Positions 57,446-64,000 of a stretch of DNA of 64,000 bases are shown here, one piece after another. The DNA comes from Candidatus Heimdallarchaeota archaeon (lineage in GTDB: Archaea; Asgardarchaeota; Heimdallarchaeia; Hodarchaeales; Hodarchaeaceae). Below the pieces are notes generated by a model. That model was not told the origin of the DNA. It searched no databases and saw only the letters and a program-made list of their open reading frames with translations. A program made the translations under genes and the position numbers. Location of the stretch: positions 1-64,000 of the forward strand of contig JBHLSH010000008.1 of the NCBI GenBank assembly GCA_048881705.1, in the 5' to 3' direction. Numbering within the stretch: the stretch's first letter is position 1; the number at the start of each line of letters is the position of its first letter.

Positions 57446-58288
57446 TTACTCCTGATTTACAATCCACTGACTCATGTACTTCCGAGATGCACGTTGTGCA
57501 AGTCTTCCGACGCCCGGTAACCCCATAATAGCCGTTTGTATATGCGTAGCCCAGTTAGGATACATAAATCCACTTTTTTTCGCTATAATTGCAGCTGCCA
57601 TTGTTTGAGCGACTCGATCTGGTTGAAGGAGGTTCCACTTTATGTTCTGGATTAACGGGATAACCTTGCTACCAGGGGCCGTTTGAGCTTTTGAATACAA
57701 AGCCGTATCAACTTGACCAGGGCGGATTACAAGGGTCTTCACTTTTGACGGTAATTCCTGACGCAAGGATCTTAATAGCACCTCTAGACCAGCCTTGGAC
57801 CCAGGATATGATCCAAAAAAGGGAATAGGCAATATCGCTGATGTACTAGAGATAAATGCTAGATAAACAATTCCTCGGGAGTTATCTAGAATGGTTGGAA
57901 ATATTTCCCGGATCATTAGAAGGGTACCAAGAAGATTTACACGAACCACATGTTCTAGGACTCCTGAAGGAATAGAAAAGAATGGTCCGAATGTAATAAC
58001 TCCTGCACAGTTAATTAATCCCGCAAAATCCGTAATTTTTGCCTCTAATGAAGTTTTTAGGATCTCTCTGGAAGCAGCGTCAGTAATATCGCAGTCCTGA
58101 TAATTTATCTGGTGATCATACGTGCGGAGGTTTTTCCGTGCGAGGACAAATTCAGAGGGATCGTGGCTAACTATTACTAAATGGGCTCCGTGAGATGCTA
58201 GGCGTTTACTAAGGGCTAGGCCAATTCCACTTGAGCCACCGGTTATTAGAAAGGTTTTACCGGCAAACCAGGCATTATTCGAACTCAA
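57446..58288 (-). CDS. Short-chain dehydrogenase/reductase
   Basis: TGGSSGIG, INCAG, ISS and YPGSK (YxxxK) motifs. Confidence 0.93.
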   Translation of the reverse strand: MSSNNAWFAGKTFLITGGSSGIGLALSKRLASHGAHLVIVSHDPSEFVLARKNLRTYDHQINYQDCDITDAASREILKTSLEAKITDFAGLINCAGVITFGPFFSIPSGVLEHVVRVNLLGTLLMIREIFPTILDNSRGIVYLAFISSTSAILPIPFFGSYPGSKAGLEVLLRSLRQELPSKVKTLVIRPGQVDTALYSKAQTAPGSKVIPLIQNIKWNLLQPDRVAQTMAAAIIAKKSGFMYPNWATHIQTAIMGLPGVGRLAQRASRKYMSQWIVNQE

Positions 58289-58393
58289 ACAGAATCCATC
58301 CGTAATGTATAGTATTTTTATGGAAATAAATCTGTTTTTTGGAATATATTTACAAACCCTTATTATGTAGAGATCACTAGGAAGAAAAGGAAC

Positions 58394-58585
58394 ATGCCTT
58401 CATTAAAATGCGGAACTTGTGGAAACACGATCCCACTCCCACGTTGCGTTAAACATAAACAGGAAGTAGTTGTTGGGGAGCTTGGAGGAATCAGAAGTGT
58501 TTACTGCGCGGTAGAAGGGGAATCGTGCGCTTCTCAACCCCTTCCGAACTGTTGTCCAAATCCAGCGTATTCGCGATGGATATAG
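58394..58585 (+). CDS. Small Cys/His-rich metal-binding protein
   Basis: GGAAG SD-like sequence, ATG start, and CGTC...CVKH...C...C...CC (7 Cys in 63 aa). Confidence 0.7.
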   Translation: MPSLKCGTCGNTIPLPRCVKHKQEVVVGELGGIRSVYCAVEGESCASQPLPNCCPNPAYSRWI

Positions 58586-58611
58586 CTTCGCATCCACGTC
58601 TTATTGACCTA

Positions 58612-59289
58612 CTACGAGGTTTCTATGGTGATACTCGGGGGCGTGTCCAACATAGTTATTGTACGCTCCGCTTGCGCAATTTTAGCTGGTGATTCATCTG
58701 ATCGTGTTTTTAAGGGGCTGATAGTGGCAATTTGGTATGTAATACCCGTTTCAAGTATTAAAGAATCAATCTCCTGAAGTAGGTTTAAGATATCTGCAAT
58801 GGTAGGGATCTGTAACCACTCTATAGCGAAATCATAATGGCCAACCAATGCTCCAGTTGTAGCTTTGACTCCAGGGAAGGAATGTATTTGCCCTTCAAGG
58901 ATTTCTAACGCTTGTGCGAGCCAGGGACCGTGGATCTCAAAAAAGGTATACGCTACTCCCGCTGATTTAGAGGCCAAAAGATCCTCTGCTTCTTCAGAAC
59001 GCAAAGGAGTATGTGTTACCAAGGAATATTTGGCACGACAGTCGGATCGAGAGAGAACTTGGTCAAGATTGTGGGCCAAAAGAAGGATGTCGTGTTTGGT
59101 GGCGGTATCCGTCCAAAAAAACTCGTAATCTGCTTTTTCGCCGAGGTAAGGTCGTCCGAAAGATATCTTTTCGCGCAGGCTAGTCAAAGTTCTTATTTCA
59201 CGAGTGAGATCCTCTAATCTTCTTAATGCAATAGGAATTCCAGGTCCAAAGAGTTTCACTCGAGTGACACTTGGGTTCAAGGTATCCAT
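58612..59289 (-). CDS. Hypothetical protein with duplicated ferredoxin-like (RAM/ACT-like) domain
   Basis: Internal repeat: VKLFGPGIPIALRRLE...DYEFFW versus FEIHGPWLAQALEILE...DFAIEW. Confidence 0.7.
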   Translation of the reverse strand: MDTLNPSVTRVKLFGPGIPIALRRLEDLTREIRTLTSLREKISFGRPYLGEKADYEFFWTDTATKHDILLLAHNLDQVLSRSDCRAKYSLVTHTPLRSEEAEDLLASKSAGVAYTFFEIHGPWLAQALEILEGQIHSFPGVKATTGALVGHYDFAIEWLQIPTIADILNLLQEIDSLILETGITYQIATISPLKTRSDESPAKIAQAERTITMLDTPPSITIETS

Positions 59290-59598
59290 CTTCGATGTTG
59301 GCAGGTTATCATAGATTTTAAGTTATTTCACTTTGCATTGTATACATGAGTTTACAAAATTTGATAAGATATTAAGATTCGATAATTCCCAAACACTGCA
59401 TCTGGCATGGATGGCTTGCATTTTAGTTAGTAAATTGTAAAATTGAGATCCTTTAATAAATCTGGATACATTGATAGTTAGGTTATTCACAGATCAGCAA
59501 GTAGTGTTTCACTAGTCCAAAATTGTGAAAAATTCGATTTCGTACAAAGGTATGTTCACTTTTTATTATCTAATTCTACTTATCAGTTGGTATGACCG

Positions 59599-61011
59599 AT
59601 GGAAACATCTCCCGAGGCAATTATGAGAAAGTTTGGTTTAGAGTTCATTAAAGATAACGCGAAAGATCGGAAGATCGCTATCCAGACCCTAGGGGTAACC
59701 TTCAAGAACGCAATGCAGACTTTGGGGAGATCAAGTGTTATGGCTATCGCTAGGGTGGAAGATAGAGAATACATAGATGATCTGTTTGAAGAACTTCATA
59801 ACGAAACTAACCGAACAATTGAAACTCAGCTGACGCGCCTCACTGTTAAAGCATTTAATTGGATTAAAAACATTTTAGTATCCTCAGAGAAATTAATTAT
59901 TACTGAGGAAGGTTCAAACGAGGCGTTGGTGAATGAACTTCGCGAAAAGGTGCGAGATCTTCAGCAACAATCGAAAATGCAGTCGGATGAGCTATCGCGC
60001 CTTCGATACGCTCACGAGGCGGCTGCGGATCAGATAAAAGAGAAGGAAGGTCTAGTCCAACGGTTAGAACAGAAATTTTCATCTATTAAAACAGAATTGC
60101 AGGAGCAATTGATCGCAGAAAAAACCCGTGGAGAAACGCTTTCCAAGCAAATTGAAACGATGGATCAAAAAATCAAAACTCAATCGGTTGAGCTATCTGA
60201 GAAGGATTTACAAAATCGAAAATACCAAAATGAGGCGAATGAACTTAGCATGCAGTTGGTGGTGCATAAAACTGAAATCAATAGACTTCAACAGTCGTTA
60301 GAACAGAAAAATGAAACAATTGAAAAGATAAACATCTCTACAGATCGAACAGCCGCCGAGGCCATGGCAGCATGGGCTGAGAGTTATCAAAAACAGGAGA
60401 TCAGCTTTCAAGACCAGTTGACAGCGGCCCGCCAAGAGTATGAGGGAACGATGCAGCAAAAGCTAGAAGAAGCGGCTGATCGATTCGAGGGGCAGATTGC
60501 TGCCCTGAAACAAAAGGTTCGTCTTGCTGAATCGCAAACCGCAAATCAAAGCGATGCCTATACTAGTAAAGTCTCTGAATTATCCACTAAACTTAAACAG
60601 ATTGAGGAAAGAAACAAAGAACTGGACAACTCAGTCGTAGAATTAATCCAGAAAAACGACCGGCTTGAGAAGGACTTGACCGAACAACGAATTCGTAATG
60701 ATAAACTTCTATGGGATATTGAAGCTGCAAAGAATGCTGGCCCCGCCATTTCATTAACGGATATTCAGAAGACTACCAGTAAATTGAAAAACGTCAATGA
60801 ATACATTGATCAGGTTCTCCAGCTCTCCAATTTTTCAATGATTACGATTTTACTCCGTATGGATGGGAGAATGAGTCTTGATCACCTTGCTAAGTCGGTT
60901 GGGATGGATCCAGTGGTACTGGAAAACCAGCTCCAACCATTACATAAACGAGATTTGATTAATATTCAATCAGATGGACAAATCGTCGCAAATATTCCCA
61001 AGGGTGCATAA
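59599..61011 (+). CDS. Long coiled-coil protein with C-terminal winged helix
   Basis: About 280 aa of E/K/Q/L heptads, ending in ITILLRMDGRMSLDHLAKSVGMDPVVLENQLQPLHKRDLINI. Confidence 0.85.
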   Translation: METSPEAIMRKFGLEFIKDNAKDRKIAIQTLGVTFKNAMQTLGRSSVMAIARVEDREYIDDLFEELHNETNRTIETQLTRLTVKAFNWIKNILVSSEKLIITEEGSNEALVNELREKVRDLQQQSKMQSDELSRLRYAHEAAADQIKEKEGLVQRLEQKFSSIKTELQEQLIAEKTRGETLSKQIETMDQKIKTQSVELSEKDLQNRKYQNEANELSMQLVVHKTEINRLQQSLEQKNETIEKINISTDRTAAEAMAAWAESYQKQEISFQDQLTAARQEYEGTMQQKLEEAADRFEGQIAALKQKVRLAESQTANQSDAYTSKVSELSTKLKQIEERNKELDNSVVELIQKNDRLEKDLTEQRIRNDKLLWDIEAAKNAGPAISLTDIQKTTSKLKNVNEYIDQVLQLSNFSMITILLRMDGRMSLDHLAKSVGMDPVVLENQLQPLHKRDLINIQSDGQIVANIPKGA

Positions 61012-61418
61012 GTCGATTCAATCCACTGTCATTTGATTATCGCAGGGGATTAAGATATAATACGATGTATGCAAGGTTTTCTGGATACCATCGAGATACC
61101 TTGCCATAGGGGTGGATAGGCAAACTAGCGAATCTACAACACAGCCGACAAATTCCCGTATCAATCAAGAGTCAGGTGGTGTTTATCGTAAACTATAAAA
61201 ACTAATGATTAGAAGAGGGGCATAAGAAGTACAAAGAAAGTTCCAGGAATCTCTTTGTGCTCAATCGGTGTGACACGATGAGGCAATTGATGCACCCCCT
61301 TCAATGGCGGAAGTGTAATTGTATCATTATAGAGTTCACACCGCACTCTTTTGCGTGAATCAAGCCATCTCGCCTCTCCTGGAAGGTTCGAGATCAATAA
61401 AAGGAGGTTTAAGTCGAA

Positions 61419-61538
61419 ATGTTTTGTGAAGTATGTGGAACAGTCCTAAATCCCGATATGGAATGTGTGAACTGCGAGAAAAAAAGAACAGAAGTGAAAG
61501 AAAAACCCATAGTCTTAAAGCCAACAGTACAAGGATAA
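61419..61538 (+). CDS. Small zinc-ribbon protein (39 aa, not in the ORF track)
   Basis: Perfect SD AGGAGGT at 61402-61408 and translation MFCEVCGTVLNPDMECVNCEKKRTEVKEKPIVLKPTVQG* with two CxxC pairs. Confidence 0.7.
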   Translation: MFCEVCGTVLNPDMECVNCEKKRTEVKEKPIVLKPTVQG

Positions 61539-61759
61539 TCTTGGATGAGAAACCTGTGATATGGCATGAAAATTCGGATTCAAATACGAGTTCAAGACGA
61601 AATCATATTAGATTTATTCCACACTCCCAAAATATTACAGATTTATACCAAACAGTCTAAACCAATTTCTGAAAACCGTTTTGCGGGAATCTTTCCATTT
61701 CCTTGAAAGGGTTCTCCTCGAAACCAGAAAAATAAACTTCATATAAGTTAACAATTGTT

Positions 61760-62710
61760 ATGTCAATTAAAGTGTTAACGCTAGACAAACCCGTTTACCC
61801 TTCGAGTCTCATTAAAAACCACGGAATCTTGGGCCAGATTGGCAATACACCGTTAATTGAACTAAACCATTTTTTTTCCAAGAAAAAAAATGTCAAAATC
61901 CTTGCCAAGGCTGAATGGTTAAATCCTGGCGGTTCTGTTAAGGATCGCGCTGCGCTTTACATGGTTGCTCAAGCAATTCAGGATGGAAAGCTCACAAAAG
62001 AAAAAATCATCCTTGATGCTTCATCTGGTAACACGGGTATCGGATATGCGCTAGTGGGAGCGGCGCTCGGGTACAGGGTTATGATTTGTATACCCAAAAA
62101 TGCCTCACCTGAACGTTTAAGACTGTTAAAAGCATATGGAGCGGAATTAGTCTTGACCGATCCACTTGAAGGGATTGATGAGGCAATACTGACCGCTCGG
62201 AAGATGAAAGCTGCCGATCCCGATTTGTATTACTATCCTGACCAGTACAGCAATGAGGCAAACTGGATGGCACATTATCACACCACTGGCAAAGAAATAT
62301 GGGAACAGACTCAGGGACGGGTAACTCACTTTGTTGCAGGTTTGGGAACAACAGGAACTTTCACTGGAACCTCTAGGTTTCTGAAGTCAAGGGATCCAAA
62401 GATTCAAACCATCGCTCTCCAACCTGATTCACCATTTCACGGTTTAGAGGGTTTAAAGCACATGGAAACCTCCCTGGTTCCTGCGATTTACGACTCTCGC
62501 CTTGTTGATGAAATGCTTTTTATCTCATCCGAGTTGAGTCAAAGCTTAACTCAAGAATTGGCAAGGAAAGAAGGACTTCTGATTGGACCTTCTTCTGGAG
62601 CGGCTTTGGCTGGGGTTCTCCAAATTGCGGAACGGATTGAAAAAGGCGTCATTGTAACTGTTTTTCCAGATCGTGGGGATAGATATCTTTCCGGTAAGTT
62701 TTGGGAGTGA
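61760..62710 (+). CDS. cysM: PLP-dependent cysteine synthase family protein (CysM-like)
   Basis: IGNTPL, NPGGSVKDR (PLP lysine), SSGNTG, GLGTTGT, GPSSGA and FPDRGDRYLS motifs. Confidence 0.93.
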   Translation: MSIKVLTLDKPVYPSSLIKNHGILGQIGNTPLIELNHFFSKKKNVKILAKAEWLNPGGSVKDRAALYMVAQAIQDGKLTKEKIILDASSGNTGIGYALVGAALGYRVMICIPKNASPERLRLLKAYGAELVLTDPLEGIDEAILTARKMKAADPDLYYYPDQYSNEANWMAHYHTTGKEIWEQTQGRVTHFVAGLGTTGTFTGTSRFLKSRDPKIQTIALQPDSPFHGLEGLKHMETSLVPAIYDSRLVDEMLFISSELSQSLTQELARKEGLLIGPSSGAALAGVLQIAERIEKGVIVTVFPDRGDRYLSGKFWE

Positions 62711-62715
62711 TTTAA

Positions 62716-63135
62716 TTGACGATTCACATTAGAAAATCTGAGTTAAAGAAGATTCAAAACCACGCGGTAGGTGAATTTCCATACGAATGCTGTGGAATAC
62801 TTATTGGCACGTCCGCTCCGTCTCTTCGCGTTACAGAAGCCCGTAAAGTTCCTAATACTAATCGTACGATAAAAACAAGGCGTTATAATATCGATCCAAT
62901 GAGCTATAGAAAGATCGAAGAAGAAACCGAAGAAAATGGAATTGAAATTCTGGGTATATATCATTCTCATCCCAACCACCCTGCTACTCCCTCCGAGTTT
63001 GATTTAAACAATGCATTTCCGAATTTCTCATACATCATCCAATCAATAGACGATGGGAAGGTGGGAGCGATTACTTCATGGCGATTAGATCCATCAAGGA
63101 TGAAATTCTACCAAGAACCTATTAGAATCACATAA
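62716..63135 (+). CDS. mec: M67/JAMM metallopeptidase (Mec-like CysO-cysteine peptidase)
   Basis: PYECCGILIG and the JAMM motif YHSHPNHPATPSEFD. Confidence 0.92.
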   Translation: MTIHIRKSELKKIQNHAVGEFPYECCGILIGTSAPSLRVTEARKVPNTNRTIKTRRYNIDPMSYRKIEEETEENGIEILGIYHSHPNHPATPSEFDLNNAFPNFSYIIQSIDDGKVGAITSWRLDPSRMKFYQEPIRIT

Positions 63136-63152
63136 ATTGAGATGAATTAATT

Positions 63153-63434
63153 ATGGAAACCGTTATCTTAATACCGACTCCCTTACGAACTTATACGGAT
63201 AATCAAAAGGCGATAACTCTGACGGGAAATACCGTTGGAGATATCTTGGAGCAACTCACGATCCGCTTTCCGAAGTTGGGAAGCCATTTATACAATGAAC
63301 ATGGAAATCTTCGTAGTTTTGTTAATGTGTACCTAAACGATGAGGATATACGTTACTTGGACAATGAGAAGTCTATTATCAAAAACGGAGACACCGTTTC
63401 AATTATCCCTTCAATTGCAGGAGGAAAAGCGTGA
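63153..63434 (+). CDS. moaD: MoaD/ThiS/CysO ubiquitin-like sulfur carrier with C-terminal GG-KA extension
   Basis: IPTPLR, FVNVYLNDEDIRYL and SIIPSIAGG-KA-stop. Confidence 0.93.
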   Translation: METVILIPTPLRTYTDNQKAITLTGNTVGDILEQLTIRFPKLGSHLYNEHGNLRSFVNVYLNDEDIRYLDNEKSIIKNGDTVSIIPSIAGGKA

Positions 63435-64000
63435 GTGTATCTACCTACGTTAGAGGAACAAAAAATAGCGGCCCAAACCGACCTTTCACAAGAAGAGATA
63501 ATCAGGTATAGCCGTCATTTGATCCTTCCGGAAGTTGGAGTCAAGGGTCAACAAAAGCTAAAACAGGCACGAGTCCTCCTAGTAGGCGTAGGAGGTCTGG
63601 GATCCCCTCTGGCTCTATATCTTGCAGCAGCGGGTGTTGGAACGATTGGGATTGTTGACCATGATAAGGTCGATTTAACGAATTTACAGCGACAAGTGAT
63701 TCATTCGACGGAAGACCTCGGTAAATCAAAACTAGAGTCCGCCCGCGCTCGAATTCTCGCGATTAATCCTGAAATAAAGGTAATAACACACGAAAAAGAA
63801 CTTGCCTCTGAAAACGCGCTTGATATCATAAAGAACTACGATATTGTAGCGGATGGAACAGATAATTTTCCCACGCGGTACTTGATCAACGATGCCTGCG
63901 TTCTCCTCGGCAAACCAAATGTTTATGCTTCAATATTTCGTTTCGAAGGTCAGGCATCTGTTTTTTACGCTGAAAAAGGGCCATGTTACCGTTGTCTATA
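63435..64000 (+). CDS. moeB: MoeB/MoeZ (E1-like adenylyltransferase), 3'-truncated by the window edge
   Basis: Translated by hand: DLSQEEIIRYSRHLILPEVGVKGQQKLKQARVLLVGVGGLGSP...SNLQRQ-like TNLQRQ...DGTDNFPTRYLINDAC...CYRCL. It starts with a GTG directly after the moaD stop, in the same frame. Confidence 0.95.
   Translation, partial: MYLPTLEEQKIAAQTDLSQEEIIRYSRHLILPEVGVKGQQKLKQARVLLVGVGGLGSPLALYLAAAGVGTIGIVDHDKVDLTNLQRQVIHSTEDLGKSKLESARARILAINPEIKVITHEKELASENALDIIKNYDIVADGTDNFPTRYLINDACVLLGKPNVYASIFRFEGQASVFYAEKGPCYRCL

Noticed and set aside
59599-61011. SMC/Rad50 assignment for the coiled-coil protein
   Set aside because: It has no Walker A/B, signature motif, hinge or zinc hook.
61266-61343. 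Hairpin as a SECIS element explaining the moaD TGA
   Set aside because: It lacks the tandem GA/AG kink-turn core (ATGA pairs Watson-Crick with TCAT) and lies 2 kb upstream rather than in the 3' UTR.
61433-61660. 75-aa ORF listed in the track
   Set aside because: It overlaps, in another frame, the better-supported SD-led zinc-ribbon ORF at 61419-61538.
1-64000. CRISPR arrays, rRNA, tRNA, integrases, transposases
   Set aside because: I saw no regularly spaced direct repeats, cloverleaf-type sequences, rRNA-like tracts or recombinase motifs on reading. A tRNAscan or Infernal run would be needed to exclude short RNAs fully.

Overview
Archaeal chromosomal segment, most likely from an Asgard archaeon. 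A Heimdallarchaeia/Hodarchaeales-type assignment is inferred from the TPR-protein family, the 7TM proteins with longin-like tails, an Arf-like GTPase and a eukaryote-like STT3. I found no rRNA, tRNA, CRISPR array, integrase or transposase. Main blocks: (1) 1-7.7 kb, a TPR protein plus membrane and surface proteins including a large beta-helix protein; (2) 7.8-14.2 kb, a co-oriented cluster of divergent SecE, strongly divergent SecY, a membrane-anchored wHTH regulator, AglB/STT3 and a GT-C glycosyltransferase, with no ribosomal-protein genes alongside; (3) 14.5-18.8 kb, an ABC exporter, an MDR reductase and a Moco oxidoreductase; (4) 18.9-38.9 kb, a catabolic island with DUF362, a PPOX-like protein, Lrp, a CE4 deacetylase, an M29/NicX-like protein, MmgE/PrpD, a Dpp ABC system whose binding protein is circularly permuted, five tandem M19 dipeptidases in A-B-A-B-A order, an MFS transporter and DJ-1; (5) 39-50 kb, stand-alone TPR C-terminal modules sharing a promoter palindrome, two 7TM/longin-like paralogs, two membrane proteins with a shared LYGPFPI domain, a TrmB-like regulator and a small GTPase; (6) 50-61 kb, hydrolases, a second beta-helix protein, an orphan DNA methyltransferase, small zinc proteins and a coiled-coil/wHTH protein; (7) 61.7-64 kb, a CysM-Mec(JAMM)-CysO/MoaD-MoeB sulfur-carrier operon in which moaD and moeB are in frame and separated by a single TGA. 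All family assignments come from reading motifs by eye; no database searches were run.
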